DNA of 64,000 bases from Ramlibacter sp. (GCF_036676645.1 NZ_JAKFCM010000018.1:5680-69679); one strand, 5' to 3'; shown: positions 51,032-62,593, counted from the first letter of the stretch. Program-made: numbers and translations. Notes: generated by a model from the letters alone, not told the origin.

Positions 51032-52192
51032 ATGAAGAACACCCCCGACGAGTACCAGGAGATCCGCGACGCCGTGCGTGCGCTGTGTGCGGACTTTCCA
51101 CCCGAGTACCACCGCCAGGTGGACAGCGAGCGCGCCTATCCCGAGGCCTTCGTCGATGCGCTGACCAAGGCCGGCTGGCTGGCGGCGCTGATCCCCGCCG
51201 ATTACGGCGGCTCCGGCCTGGGCCTGGCCGAGGCCTCGGTGATCATGGAGGAGATCAACCGCAGCGGCGGCAACGCCGGCGCCTGCCACGGCCAGATGTA
51301 CAACATGGGCACGCTGCTGCGGCACGGCTCGCCGCAGCAGAAGCAGAAATACCTGCCGAAGATCGCCTCCGGCGAGTGGCGCCTTCAGTCCATGGGCGTG
51401 ACCGAGCCGACCACCGGCACCGACACCACCAGGATCAAGACCACCGCCGTGAAGAAGGGCGACCGCTATGTCGTCAACGGCCAGAAGGTCTGGATCTCGC
51501 GCATCCAGCACTCCGACTGGATGATCCTGCTGGCGCGCACCACGCCGCTGGCCGAGGTGAAGAAGAAGTCCGAGGGCATGTCGATCTTCATGGTCGACCT
51601 GCGCCAGGCCGAGAAGAGCGGCATGGCCGTGCGGCCGATCGCCAACATGGTCAACCACGAGACCAACGAGCTGTTCTTCGAGAACCTGGAGATTCCGGCC
51701 GACAACCTGATCGGGCAGGAAGGCCAGGGCTTCAAGTACATCCTGGACGGGCTGAACGCCGAGCGCACGCTGATCGCGGCCGAGTGCATCGGCGACGGCT
51801 ACTGGTTCCTCGACCGGGTGACGAAGTACGTGGGCGAGCGCATGGTGTTCGGCCGCCCGATCGGGCAGAACCAGGGCGTGCAGTTCCCGATCGCCGAGAG
51901 CTACATCGAGGTGGAGGCCGCCAACCTGATGCGCTTCAAGGCCTGCCGCCTGTTCGATGCCGGCCAGCCCTGCGGCGCCGAGGCCAACATGGCCAAGTAC
52001 CTGGCCGCCAAGGCGTCCTGGGAGGCGGCCAACGCCTGCCTGCAGTTCCACGGCGGCTTCGGCTTCGCCCACGAATACGACGTCGAGCGCAAGTTCCGCG
52101 AGACCCGCCTGTACCAGGTGGCGCCGATCTCCACCAACCTGATCCTGAGCTACGTGGCCGAGCACGTGCTCGGGATGCCGCGATCCTTCTGA
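51032..52192 (+). CDS. Acyl-CoA dehydrogenase
   Basis: 386 aa canonical ACAD (GVTEPTTGTD, catalytic-base region FHGGFGFAHEYDVERKFRETR). Confidence 0.9.
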   Translation: MKNTPDEYQEIRDAVRALCADFPPEYHRQVDSERAYPEAFVDALTKAGWLAALIPADYGGSGLGLAEASVIMEEINRSGGNAGACHGQMYNMGTLLRHGSPQQKQKYLPKIASGEWRLQSMGVTEPTTGTDTTRIKTTAVKKGDRYVVNGQKVWISRIQHSDWMILLARTTPLAEVKKKSEGMSIFMVDLRQAEKSGMAVRPIANMVNHETNELFFENLEIPADNLIGQEGQGFKYILDGLNAERTLIAAECIGDGYWFLDRVTKYVGERMVFGRPIGQNQGVQFPIAESYIEVEAANLMRFKACRLFDAGQPCGAEANMAKYLAAKASWEAANACLQFHGGFGFAHEYDVERKFRETRLYQVAPISTNLILSYVAEHVLGMPRSF

Positions 52193-52203
52193 GACGGGGC
52201 ACC

Positions 52204-53394
52204 ATGGCATCCGCCCCCCGCCCGCTGGACGGCATCACCGTCGTCTCCCTCGAGCACGCCATCGCGGCGCCGTTCTGCACGCGCCAGCTGGCCGACCTGG
52301 GCGCGCGCGTCATCAAGGTCGAGCGCCCCGGCGTCGGTGACTTCGCGCGTGCCTACGACAGCCGGGTCAAGGGTTTGGCCTCGCACTTCGTCTGGACCAA
52401 CCGTTCCAAGGAGAGCCTGACGCTGGATCTCAAGCAGCCCGGCGCTCTCGCCGTGCTGTGGCAACTGGTCGCGCGCGCCGACGTGCTGGTGCAGAACCTC
52501 GCCCCCGGCGCCGCCGCCCGCATGGGCCTGGGCTACGAGGCCCTGCGGCAGCAACACCCGGGGCTGGTGGTGTGCGACATCTCCGGCTACGGCGAGGACG
52601 GTCCGTATCGCGACAAGAAGGCCTACGACTTGCTGATCCAGAGCGAGGCCGGCTTCCTCTCGGTCACCGGCTCCTCCGAGGCGCCCAGCAAGGCCGGCAA
52701 CTCGGTGGCCGACATCGCGGCCGGCATGTACGCCTACACCGGCATCCTGTCGGCCCTGCTGCTGCGCAACAAGACCGGCGAAGGCAGCCATGTCGACGTC
52801 TCCATGCTGGAGTCGCTGGCCGAGTGGATGGGCTATCCGCTCTACTACGCCTTCGACGGTGCGCCGCCGCCGCAGCGCACCGGCGCCTCGCACGCGAGCA
52901 TCTACCCTTACGGCCCCTTCCAGGCCGGCGATGGCGGCACCGTGATGCTGGGCCTGCAGAACGAACGCGAATGGAAGCTGTTCTGCGAAGTCGTCCTGCA
53001 GGATGCCGCCGTGGCCGTGGATCCGCGCTTTGCCAGCAACGCCGCGCGCAGCGAACATCGTGAAGATCTCAAGGCACTGATCCTCGCCGCCTTCGCCACG
53101 CTGAGCACGCAGGCCGTGCTGGAACGGCTGGACCAGGCGCAGATCGCCAATGCGCGCATGAACGACATGGCGGGGCTGTGGGCCCACCCGCAACTCGCCG
53201 CCCGCAGGCGCTGGCGCGAAGTGCAATCGCCGGCCGGCGCCCTGCCCGCCTTGCTGCCGCCCGGCCGCGCCAGCAGCTTCGACTACCGCATGGACCCGAT
53301 CCCGGCGCTGGGCGAACACACCGACGCCATCCTGCGCGAACTGGGCCTGGGCGATGCCGAGATCGACGCGCTGCGCCAGGGCGGCGCCATCTGA
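52204..53394 (+). CDS. Family III CoA-transferase (CaiB/BaiF)
   Basis: 396 aa starting at ATG 52204. N-terminus is LDGITVVSLEHAIAAPFCTRQLADLGARVIKVERP, and the catalytic Asp region is YDLLIQSEAG. Confidence 0.85.
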   Translation: MASAPRPLDGITVVSLEHAIAAPFCTRQLADLGARVIKVERPGVGDFARAYDSRVKGLASHFVWTNRSKESLTLDLKQPGALAVLWQLVARADVLVQNLAPGAAARMGLGYEALRQQHPGLVVCDISGYGEDGPYRDKKAYDLLIQSEAGFLSVTGSSEAPSKAGNSVADIAAGMYAYTGILSALLLRNKTGEGSHVDVSMLESLAEWMGYPLYYAFDGAPPPQRTGASHASIYPYGPFQAGDGGTVMLGLQNEREWKLFCEVVLQDAAVAVDPRFASNAARSEHREDLKALILAAFATLSTQAVLERLDQAQIANARMNDMAGLWAHPQLAARRRWREVQSPAGALPALLPPGRASSFDYRMDPIPALGEHTDAILRELGLGDAEIDALRQGGAI

Positions 53395-53416
53395 CCGACC
53401 CACCAGGAACACGAGC

Positions 53417-54805
53417 ATGACCTCCCGAACCGCCGAACTGGCCGCGTTTGCCGCCGGCCTGACATTCGAAAGCATCCCGCCGGCCGTGGTGCAAAAAGCC
53501 GAAGACCTGCTGGTCGACTGGTTCGGGTCGGCGGTGGCCGGCAAGGGCTCCCGGCCGGTCGAGACCATTGCCGATTTCGCCAGCTCGATGGGCCCGGCCC
53601 AGGGGCCGGACGGTGGCGCGGAGCTGCTGGTGCGGCGCAGCTTCACCTCGCCCTACTTCGCGGCCATGGCCAACGCCGCTGCTTCGCACGTCGCCGAGCA
53701 GGACGACGTGCACAACGGCTCGGTGTTCCATCCGGCCACCGTGGTCTTTCCGGTCGCACTGGCGCTGGCGCAGGCGCGCGGCGCCAGTGGCCGGCAGTTG
53801 CTGGCGGCGGCCGTTGCGGGCTACGAGGTCGGCATCCGCGTCGGCGAGTTCCTCGGCCGCTCGCACTACAAGGTCTTCCACACGACCGGCACGGCCGGCA
53901 CGCTGGCCGCCGCCGCCACCGCCGGCCACCTGCTCGGGCTCGATGCGGCCCGCATGCGGCATGCGTTCGGCTCCGCGGGCACCCAGGCTGCCGGCCTGTG
54001 GGAGTTCCTGCGCACGGCGGCCGACAGCAAGCAGCTCCACACGGCCCATGCGGCGGCAGCCGGCCTGATGGCCGCGTGGATCGCCAAGGACGGCTTCACC
54101 GGCGCGGCGGAGATCCTGGAAGGCCCGCAGGGTATGGCCGCGGGCATGTCGTCGGACGCCGACCCGTCGCGCCTGGACGACCGCCTGGGCACGCGCTGGG
54201 CCCTGGCCGAGACCTCGTTCAAGTACCACGCGAGCTGCCGCCACACGCACCCGGCCGCCGACGCGCTGCTGCAGGTGATGCAGCGCGACACGCTGAATCC
54301 CGAGGACATCGAGCGGGTCGTGGCCCGCGTTCACCAGGGGGCCATCGACGTGCTGGGCCCGGTCAAGCACCCCGCCAGCGTGCACCAGAGCAAGTTCTCC
54401 ATGGGCACCGTGCTCGCGCTCGCCGCGCGCTTCGGACACGCCGGGCTGCGCGAGTTCGACGAGCACTACCTCGATGCGCCGACGCAGGCGCTGCGCGATC
54501 GCGTGACGATGGAACTGGACCCCGAGGTGGATGCGGCCTATCCGCAGCGCTGGATCGGCAAGGTCGAAGTCCACACGCGCAACGGCCGCGTGCTGCACGG
54601 GCGTATCGATGACCCCAAGGGCGACCCGGGCAACACGCTCAGCCGCGACGAGATCACCGCCAAGGCGCTGCAGCTGGCGGCCTGGAGCGGCGGTGCCGAC
54701 GCGCGGGAGATGCGGGCTGCCGTGGACGCCCTGTGGCTGGTCGCGCGCTGGCCGCGGGTGGGTCCGCTGCTGGCGCGCGCGCCTGGCGCTCCGCACAAGC
54801 CCTAG
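53417..54805 (+). CDS. MmgE/PrpD-family protein
   Basis: 462 aa from ATG 53417 (SD AGGAA). The pattern ELAAFAAGLTFESIP..VVQKAEDLLVDW and the overall length are typical of the family. Confidence 0.8.
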   Translation: MTSRTAELAAFAAGLTFESIPPAVVQKAEDLLVDWFGSAVAGKGSRPVETIADFASSMGPAQGPDGGAELLVRRSFTSPYFAAMANAAASHVAEQDDVHNGSVFHPATVVFPVALALAQARGASGRQLLAAAVAGYEVGIRVGEFLGRSHYKVFHTTGTAGTLAAAATAGHLLGLDAARMRHAFGSAGTQAAGLWEFLRTAADSKQLHTAHAAAAGLMAAWIAKDGFTGAAEILEGPQGMAAGMSSDADPSRLDDRLGTRWALAETSFKYHASCRHTHPAADALLQVMQRDTLNPEDIERVVARVHQGAIDVLGPVKHPASVHQSKFSMGTVLALAARFGHAGLREFDEHYLDAPTQALRDRVTMELDPEVDAAYPQRWIGKVEVHTRNGRVLHGRIDDPKGDPGNTLSRDEITAKALQLAAWSGGADAREMRAAVDALWLVARWPRVGPLLARAPGAPHKP

Positions 54806-54870
54806 GACGCGCCTAAGTACTTCCCCCGCAGCGGCCCGAGGCCGATTTGCCTAGGATGTGCGGGTTCTGA

Positions 54871-55917
<1,047 letters not shown>

Positions 55918-55934
55918 GGAAACCACACAGGAAA

Positions 55935-55959
55935 GGCCCGGTTCCCGGGCCCTTTTTTT
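55935..55959 (+). terminator. Intrinsic terminator/attenuator between dctP and dctQ
   Basis: Stem GGCCCGG (55935-55941), loop TTC, stem CCGGGCC (55945-55951), then C and a T7 run (55953-55959). It is preceded by AAA and ends 4 nt before the dctQ ATG. Confidence 0.7.
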
Positions 55960-55963
55960 GCCC

Positions 55964-56497
55964 ATGCGCTGGCTCGAATATTTTGAGGAAGGCCTGGTCA
56001 TCGTCCTGATGGCGGCCATGACCGTGGTCACCTTCATGCAGGTGGTCGCCCGGTACGTGTTCAACTACAGCTTCGTGTGGGCCCTGGAGCTGACCGGCGT
56101 CCTGTTCGCCTGGCTGATCTTCATCGGCATGTCCTACGGTGTGCGCGTCGGCGCCCACATCGGCGTCGACGTGCTGGTCAAGGCACTGGGCGCGAAACCG
56201 GCGCGCATCGTGGGCTCGATCGCTGCCGCGCTGTGCATCGTCTATGCCCTGATCGTCACCTGGGGCGGCTGGCAGTACGTCAGCAAGATGTACGACGTCG
56301 GCATCCTGATGCAGGACATCCCGGTCGCGCAGTGGATTCCCCGACTGGTGGTGCCGCTGGGCTTCGCGCTGCTGGCCTTCCGGTTCGCCCAGGTGCTGTG
56401 GCGGCTGGCCACGGGCCAGGAAGCCCACCTGCTGGGCGATGAGGCGCAGGAAGCGCTGAAGATGCAGGAAGAAGAAGCGGCGGAGGTGCGCAAGTGA
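55964..56497 (+). CDS. dctQ: TRAP transporter small permease (DctQ)
   Basis: 177 aa from ATG 55964 (TTG 55958 lies within the T-tail). It has four TM helices. Confidence 0.8.
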   Translation: MRWLEYFEEGLVIVLMAAMTVVTFMQVVARYVFNYSFVWALELTGVLFAWLIFIGMSYGVRVGAHIGVDVLVKALGAKPARIVGSIAAALCIVYALIVTWGGWQYVSKMYDVGILMQDIPVAQWIPRLVVPLGFALLAFRFAQVLWRLATGQEAHLLGDEAQEALKMQEEEAAEVRK

Positions 56498-57771
56498 CCA
56501 TCGCCGTCCTGTTCATCCTGCTGTTCGTGCTGATGGTGCTGGGCATGCCCATCGCCATCGCGCTGGGCCTGTCCTCGCTCGCGACCATCATGCTGTTCGC
56601 GCAGGACTCGCTGGCCTCGCTCTCGCTCAAGCTGTACGAGACCTCCGAGCACTACACGCTGCTGGCCATCCCCTTCTTCATCCTGGGCGGCGCGTTCATG
56701 ACCACCGGCGGCGTGGCGCGCCGCATGATCCGCTTCGCCAATGCCTGCATCGGGCACCTGCGCGGCGGGCTGGCCATGGCCTCGGTGATGGCCTGCATGC
56801 TGTTCGCCGCGGTATCGGGGTCCTCCCCTGCCACGGTGGTGGCGGTCGGCTCCATCGTGATCGCGGGCATGGTCAAGGCCGGCTATCCGCAGAACTTCGC
56901 CGCCGGCGTGATCTGCAACGCCGGGACGCTGGGCATCCTGATCCCGCCGTCCATCGTGATGGTGGTCTATGGCGCGGCAACCGAAACGTCCGTCGGCAAG
57001 CTGTTCATGGCCGGCGTGATCCCGGGCCTCCTGCTCGGCCTCATGCTGATGGTGGCCATCTACGTGCGGGCCCGCATGCTGGACCTGCCAAGGCAGCCCG
57101 CGGCATCGATGCGCGACATGCTGACCTCGGGGCGCGATTCGCTCTGGGGCCTGCTGCTGGTGGTGATCATCCTGGGCGGCATCTACGGCGGCATCTTCAC
57201 GCCGACGGAAGCCGCGGCGGTCGCGGCCGTGTATGCGTTCATCATCGCCGTGTTCGTCTACCGCGACATCGGCATGCGCGACGTCCCGCGCGTGCTGCTG
57301 GAGTCGGGCAAGGTCACGATCATGCTGATGTTCATCGTGGCCAACGCGCTGCTGTTCGCACACGTGCTGACCACCGAGCGCATTCCGCAGACCATCGCCG
57401 AGACCATCGTTGGCTGGGGCATGCCGGCCTGGCAGTTCCTGGTGGTGGTCAACATCCTGCTGCTGATCGCCGGCATGTTCATGGAGCCCACCGGCATCAT
57501 CCTGATCCTGGCGCCCATCCTGTTCCCGATCGCCACCCAGCTGGGCATCGACCCGGTCCACCTGGGCATCATCATGGTGGTGAACCTGGAGATCGGCATG
57601 GTGACGCCGCCGGTCGGCCTGAACCTGTTCGTCACCGCCGGCATCACGCGCATGTCCATCATGGCCGTGGCGCGTGCCGCCCTGCCCTGGACCCTGGTGC
57701 TGCTGGCTTTCCTGATCTTCATCACCTACGTGCCCGCGGTGACGCTGCTGCTGCCGAACATGCTGTTCTGA
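56494..57771 (+). CDS. dctM: TRAP transporter large permease (DctM)
   Basis: 425 aa. GTG 56494 overlaps the dctQ stop (GTGA). Polytopic membrane protein. Confidence 0.9.
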   Translation: MTIAVLFILLFVLMVLGMPIAIALGLSSLATIMLFAQDSLASLSLKLYETSEHYTLLAIPFFILGGAFMTTGGVARRMIRFANACIGHLRGGLAMASVMACMLFAAVSGSSPATVVAVGSIVIAGMVKAGYPQNFAAGVICNAGTLGILIPPSIVMVVYGAATETSVGKLFMAGVIPGLLLGLMLMVAIYVRARMLDLPRQPAASMRDMLTSGRDSLWGLLLVVIILGGIYGGIFTPTEAAAVAAVYAFIIAVFVYRDIGMRDVPRVLLESGKVTIMLMFIVANALLFAHVLTTERIPQTIAETIVGWGMPAWQFLVVVNILLLIAGMFMEPTGIILILAPILFPIATQLGIDPVHLGIIMVVNLEIGMVTPPVGLNLFVTAGITRMSIMAVARAALPWTLVLLAFLIFITYVPAVTLLLPNMLF

Positions 57772-57781
57772 GCCGCCCCGC

Positions 57782-59899
57782 TCAGCGCGCCGTGGACCCG
57801 TAGCTCGCCACGCCGAAGCGGCGCCAGACCGCCAGCACCAGGCCGGCCACGGCCAGCACGGCCAGGGCCAGCAGGGACCAGCGCAACCCGTCGGGCTCTT
57901 CCAGCACGTCGCGCACACGGCCGGCCAGCAGCAGTGCCAGCAGGATCGGCGGCAGCAGGCCGACGGCGGTTCCGATCAGGAAGTCGCGCGGCCGCACGCG
58001 CGAGGCACCCGCCACCAGGTTCAGCTTGGGGAACGACGCGATCGGCAGCAGCCGCAGCGCGGCGATCGCCAGCGGCCCGTTGCGCGCCAGTCGGCGCGTG
58101 ATCTCGTTCAACCGGGCACCGGCGATGCGGCGCACCGCGCCGCGGCCGATCAGGCGGCCGGCCGCGTAGTTGACCGCGGCGCTGAGCATCGAGCCGGCCC
58201 CGGCGAACAGCGCCGCTGCCAGCGGGTCGTAGGCGAAGCAGGTGGCGACGATCAGCAGGGACACCGGCACCCCCAGCAGGCCGGCCAGCACGTACCCGCC
58301 CAGCAGGGCCAGCGGCGCGGCAGGCGCATCCGCCAGCCGGAACAGGGGCTCGGGCGAGAGCCATTCGCGCAGGGGCGTCCAGCGCCAGGCCATCGCGAAG
58401 ACCGCAAGCCCGAACAGCACGAACGCGAAGCCGACCACCCGGCTGGCCATCGGGCGCGCAAGGTCCGGCGGCACGAACTCCTGCATCAGGACCTCCGGAT
58501 CGGCGGGCCGCTCGGGGTCGATCAGCGCGCTGGCCGGCAGGATGACTTCCAGTTCGGGCGTGATCGGCGGGTCGATCGGCAGCAGCGTGCGGCCCGGCAC
58601 GCGCAGCGATTCCACCGCCGGCACCAGCCGGCCGCCGTGCCGCGCAATCGCGCCGGCCAACGCCTCCGGGGTGCTGTCCAGGTGCTCGGCCAGCAGGCGG
58701 TTGCGCAGGCCCGCAATCGCCTGACGGATCCGCTCGTCGCCGCCCGCCTCGATCGCCAGGTTGCACTCGGTGTCGAAGCCCATCGACCGGTTGTTGAAGT
58801 TGGCCGAGCCCACGCTGCACAGCTCGTCGTCCACCACCAGCACCTTGCTGTGCACGTTGAGCAGCTGCTCGGCTTGCAGCCCCGGGACGTACGGGTAGAA
58901 AAGGCGGTAGCAGTCGTGCTCGTCGGCGGCCTCCAGCCGCTGGTGCAGCCGCGCGCGCAGCGCGCCCATGGTGCGCGCCTCCAGCCAGCCCTCCTCCGTC
59001 AGGCGCGAGACCACCAGCACGTCGGGCGGCTGCGGCCCGCGCAGCCGCTCCTCCAGCGCGCTGCCGATCCCGCTGGAGCTGAAGTACTGGTTCTCCAGGT
59101 ACAGCGTGGCGCGTGCCGCCGCGATCGCATCCAGGTACAACTGGCGGATCTCCTCCACCGCCGGCCACGACGGCCAGCCCGGGTCGGTGCGGGCGATCGC
59201 CACGGGCAGGTCGGTCACCGCCGGCCGCACGTGCGGCGGCCACGGATCGTGCGCCACGGCGCTGCCCGGCGGCAGGGTCCGCTCCCCCAGGCGCTCCCAG
59301 CGCTGGCGACACAGCTCCCCCAGCGCGCGCGCCACGTCGCCATCGACCACGGCCTGCACGTCGTGGTTGGGGCGGGCCTGCCGCCCCTGCACGTCCAGCC
59401 GGTACGGCTGTTCGCGCCGGTGTTCGGGCGTGTCCCAGCGCCCGTGGGTCAGGTCCAGCCCGCCTACGAAGGCCACCGCGTCGTCGACCACGATCACCTT
59501 CTGGTGGTGCGACGCGCTGGGCGGGTGGCGCGCGTCGAGCTGGAAACGCAGGCGGGGCCGCGGACCGGCGCGCCAGCCGAGCTTGTACAGCGGGTACCAC
59601 TTGCGATCGCCCGCCATGACCACCGCGAAATCCCAGCACAGCACGTACATGCGCAGTTCGCGGTTGCGCCGCACCACCTCCTGCAGGAAGGGGCCGAGCG
59701 CGCGCGGCCAGCCGTCGTCGGGTCCGCCGGGGACCAGTTCGACGTCGGTGTCGATGTCCCAGCCCAGGATGAAGACGCTGTGGCGGGCGCGTGCGATCGC
59801 CGAGCGGACGGCCGCGAAGTAGTCGGCGCCGTCCACCAGGAAGGCCAGCCGGCGGGCCCGTTCGATGCGCCAGCAGTTGCGGCCGGGCTGGAGAAGCAC
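57782..59899 (-). CDS. Fusion protein: phospholipase D/cardiolipin-synthase-like (two HKD motifs) plus C-terminal VTT/DedA (TVP38/TMEM64) membrane domain
   Basis: HKD motifs are HHQKVIVVDD and HSKVLVVDD..GSANFNNRS. The C-terminus has about 5 TM helices with a VTT pattern. GTG 59899 is chosen because it lies 10 nt after the ftsH stop, and the ORF extension to 60043 would overlap ftsH. Confidence 0.75.
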   Translation of the reverse strand: MLLQPGRNCWRIERARRLAFLVDGADYFAAVRSAIARARHSVFILGWDIDTDVELVPGGPDDGWPRALGPFLQEVVRRNRELRMYVLCWDFAVVMAGDRKWYPLYKLGWRAGPRPRLRFQLDARHPPSASHHQKVIVVDDAVAFVGGLDLTHGRWDTPEHRREQPYRLDVQGRQARPNHDVQAVVDGDVARALGELCRQRWERLGERTLPPGSAVAHDPWPPHVRPAVTDLPVAIARTDPGWPSWPAVEEIRQLYLDAIAAARATLYLENQYFSSSGIGSALEERLRGPQPPDVLVVSRLTEEGWLEARTMGALRARLHQRLEAADEHDCYRLFYPYVPGLQAEQLLNVHSKVLVVDDELCSVGSANFNNRSMGFDTECNLAIEAGGDERIRQAIAGLRNRLLAEHLDSTPEALAGAIARHGGRLVPAVESLRVPGRTLLPIDPPITPELEVILPASALIDPERPADPEVLMQEFVPPDLARPMASRVVGFAFVLFGLAVFAMAWRWTPLREWLSPEPLFRLADAPAAPLALLGGYVLAGLLGVPVSLLIVATCFAYDPLAAALFAGAGSMLSAAVNYAAGRLIGRGAVRRIAGARLNEITRRLARNGPLAIAALRLLPIASFPKLNLVAGASRVRPRDFLIGTAVGLLPPILLALLLAGRVRDVLEEPDGLRWSLLALAVLAVAGLVLAVWRRFGVASYGSTAR

Positions 59900-59909
59900 G
59901 CCCGGCCCC

Positions 59910-61925
59910 TCAGGCCGGCAGCGGCCGGCCCGGCAGTTCCGGCGCCGGCGGCAGGCCGGTGACCTGCAGGATCTCCTGCTCGCCGACCGTCTCGCGCTCC
60001 AGCAGCGCCGCGACCAGCGCATCGAGCGCCGGCCGGTGCGCACGCAGCAGGCGCTTGGCCTCCTCGTGGCACTCGTTGATGATGCGGCTGACCTCGGCGT
60101 CGATGAGGCGCGCCGTCGCCTCGCTGAAAGGCTTGTCGCCCGTGAATCCGGCAGGGCCGCCCAGGTAGGGGTTCTGGCGCGGCGCCAGCTGCACCATGCC
60201 GACGGCGTCGCTCATGCCCCAGCGCGTCACCATGCCGCGGGCGACCTGCGTGGCCTGTTCGATGTCGTTCTCCGCGCCGGTGGTGCGGGTGCCGTACACC
60301 ACCTCCTCCGCGGCGCGGCCGCCGAGCATGCCGACGATGCGCGCCCGCAGGTAGGCCTCGGGGTAGTTGTAGCGGTCGGTGGCGGGACGCTGGTAGGTCA
60401 CCCCCAGCGCCTGGCCGCGCGGCACGATGCTGACGCGGTGCACCGGGTCGGCGCCCGGCACCAGCAGCCCCAGGATGGCGTGGCCGCTCTCGTGGTAGGC
60501 GATGCGCTCGCGGTCCTCGGGGCCGAGCAGGAGCGGACGCTCGGGGCCGAGGACGATCTTCTCCAGTGCGTCCAGGAAGTCCTTGTGCCGCACTTCCCGC
60601 TCCTCGCGCCGGGCCGCCAGCAGCGCCGCCTCGTTGGCGAGGTTCTTCAGGTCGGCGCCCGAGAACCCGGGCGTGGCCGACGCCAGCTCCTCCAGGTGCA
60701 CGTCGGCCGCCAGCGGCACCTTGCGCGTGTGGACCTTGAGGATGGCCTCGCGCCCGACCTTGTCGGGCAGGTTCACCACCACCCGGCGGTCGAACCGGCC
60801 GGGCCGCAGCAGCGCGCGATCCAGCACGTCGGGCTGGTTGGTGGCCGCCAGCACGATGATGCCTTCCCGCCCGGTGAAGCCGTCCATCTCCGTCAGGATC
60901 TGCTGCAGGGTCTGCTCCTGCTCGCTGGCGCCGCCGATCGCCATTGGGCCGCGGGCGCGGCCGATCGCGTCGATCTCGTCGATGAAGATGATGGCGGGCG
61001 CGTGTTCGCGCGCCTGCTTGAACAGGTCACGCACGCGCGCGGCGCCCACGCCCACGATCATCTCGACGAACTCGGCCGCGCTCATGGAGAAGAACGGCAC
61101 CCCCGCCTCGCCCGCCACCGCCTTGGCCAGCAGGGTCTTGCCGGTTCCCGGGGAGCCGACCAGCAGCACGCCCTTGGGCGCCGTGCCGCCGAGGCGCGTG
61201 TACTTGTCGGGCGACCGGAGGAAGTCCACCACCTCGACCAGTTCGTTCTCGGCCTCGTCGATGCCGGCCACGTCATCGAAGGTCACGCGGTGGTCGCCCT
61301 CCGTGTCGTAGCGCCTGGCCTTGCTGCGGCCGATGCCCATCAGCCCGCCCATGCCGCCGATCCCGGTGCCCTGCGAGGCGCGGCGGTACAGCCAGACATA
61401 GAACGCGATGATCAGGATGGCTGGCCCGAACCCGAACAGCAGGGTGGCCCAGGCGCTGCCTTCGCGGATCGGCACGGCGCTGATCTCCACGCCATGGTCG
61501 ATCAGGAACTGCTCCAGCCCCGGGTCCACGAAGGCGGGCAGCTCGGTGGTGAAGACCGCCGACGTCCGCGGCGTGGCCTGCTGCTGCCACTGGCGGGGCG
61601 CGAGCGGCTTGTCCTCCTGGCTCGCCGCGTTCGCCGCGGCCGCGGGCGGCCAGGTCACCGGTGCGGCAAATCGACCTTCGATGCTGGTGCCGCGGCTGTA
61701 GATCACTTCCACGTTGCGCTTGCCCGCCTCGGCCTTGAACACCGTGTAGGGCACCGTCATTGGCTCGCCTGCCCCGGGAAACAGCAGGCGCACGAGCAGG
61801 TAGTTGCCCAGCACGATGGCGACGAAGATCAGCCAGGCCTTGCGCGGCGGGATCCGCGGCGGCAGCCCGGGAGCGCCGCCCGGGCCCGGCCGGCCCGGGG
61901 CAGGCACCGGCGGCCTTCCGTTCAT
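59910..61925 (-). CDS. ftsH: ATP-dependent zinc metalloprotease FtsH (paralog with Pro-rich N-terminus)
   Basis: 671 aa with Walker A GSPGTGKT and Walker B IIFIDEID. It also has an SRH region and the zinc motif HESGHA. Two N-terminal TM helices. Confidence 0.9.
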   Translation of the reverse strand: MNGRPPVPAPGRPGPGGAPGLPPRIPPRKAWLIFVAIVLGNYLLVRLLFPGAGEPMTVPYTVFKAEAGKRNVEVIYSRGTSIEGRFAAPVTWPPAAAANAASQEDKPLAPRQWQQQATPRTSAVFTTELPAFVDPGLEQFLIDHGVEISAVPIREGSAWATLLFGFGPAILIIAFYVWLYRRASQGTGIGGMGGLMGIGRSKARRYDTEGDHRVTFDDVAGIDEAENELVEVVDFLRSPDKYTRLGGTAPKGVLLVGSPGTGKTLLAKAVAGEAGVPFFSMSAAEFVEMIVGVGAARVRDLFKQAREHAPAIIFIDEIDAIGRARGPMAIGGASEQEQTLQQILTEMDGFTGREGIIVLAATNQPDVLDRALLRPGRFDRRVVVNLPDKVGREAILKVHTRKVPLAADVHLEELASATPGFSGADLKNLANEAALLAARREEREVRHKDFLDALEKIVLGPERPLLLGPEDRERIAYHESGHAILGLLVPGADPVHRVSIVPRGQALGVTYQRPATDRYNYPEAYLRARIVGMLGGRAAEEVVYGTRTTGAENDIEQATQVARGMVTRWGMSDAVGMVQLAPRQNPYLGGPAGFTGDKPFSEATARLIDAEVSRIINECHEEAKRLLRAHRPALDALVAALLERETVGEQEILQVTGLPPAPELPGRPLPA

Positions 61926-62248
61926 GCCGCCTCGCGCGCGCCCGCAGGCGGCGCGGCACGGGATGCCGGGGCGTGGGCGGGTGGCGGGAACGAAAACGGC
62001 TGCATCGGCACGGGCGGCTAGGCCGGATCACTCTAGCAAAGCACGGCGCATCCGGGGGTTGGGGGGCGGCGTCCCGCTGCATCGCCCCGGGCCCTGAAAC
62101 TTATCGAGAGCCCTGTTCACGACTCGTAACCATCGTCGTCATGACGCTGTCGCGTTTTGGCGCAAACCTGTGGATTCCACGCTTGTGCCGGTGGGCGATG
62201 CCGCCTACCTTGTCCCTTCCAACTGCATCACCAGAAAAAACAACGACC

Positions 62249-62593
62249 ATGCGCTGGTTCAAGGCCAACCTCCGCAACAGCCTGTACGGCCTGCTCGGGC
62301 ATTCGCAGCCGCCGAGCGCATCGACCCTCGACAACCGCCTGGAGGACATCCGCGAAGCGATGCTCGAGCTGATCGGCGACAGCGGGTCGCAGGAGTTCCC
62401 GCATCTCATGCGCCGCATTCGCTATGCCGGCGAGATCCAGGGCCTGTGGTACCTGCGCGGCGACCTGATGGCGGCCCTGGCCGCGCGCCACGGGGAGACT
62501 GCCGCACGCGAGCAGGTCGCCCGCATCACCGGCCTCTTCAAAGGGCTGCTGCCCCCCGGTCTGGCGACCCGGCCGAGCCCCTTGCTGGGGTAG
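62249..62593 (+). CDS. Hypothetical protein (114 aa)
   Basis: ATG 62249 starts MRWFKANLRNSLYGLL. Codon bias is consistent with coding, but no recognisable domain. The upstream part of ORF 61760..62593 is rejected. Confidence 0.5.
   Translation: MRWFKANLRNSLYGLLGHSQPPSASTLDNRLEDIREAMLELIGDSGSQEFPHLMRRIRYAGEIQGLWYLRGDLMAALAARHGETAAREQVARITGLFKGLLPPGLATRPSPLLG

Noticed and set aside
59900-60043. Upstream 48 codons of the PLD-VTT ORF ([13 protein letters not shown]...).
   Set aside because: They would overlap the 3' end of ftsH by 134 nt and are Arg/Cys-rich. GTG 59899 just after the ftsH stop gives an N-terminus starting near the conserved LLQPGRNCW region.
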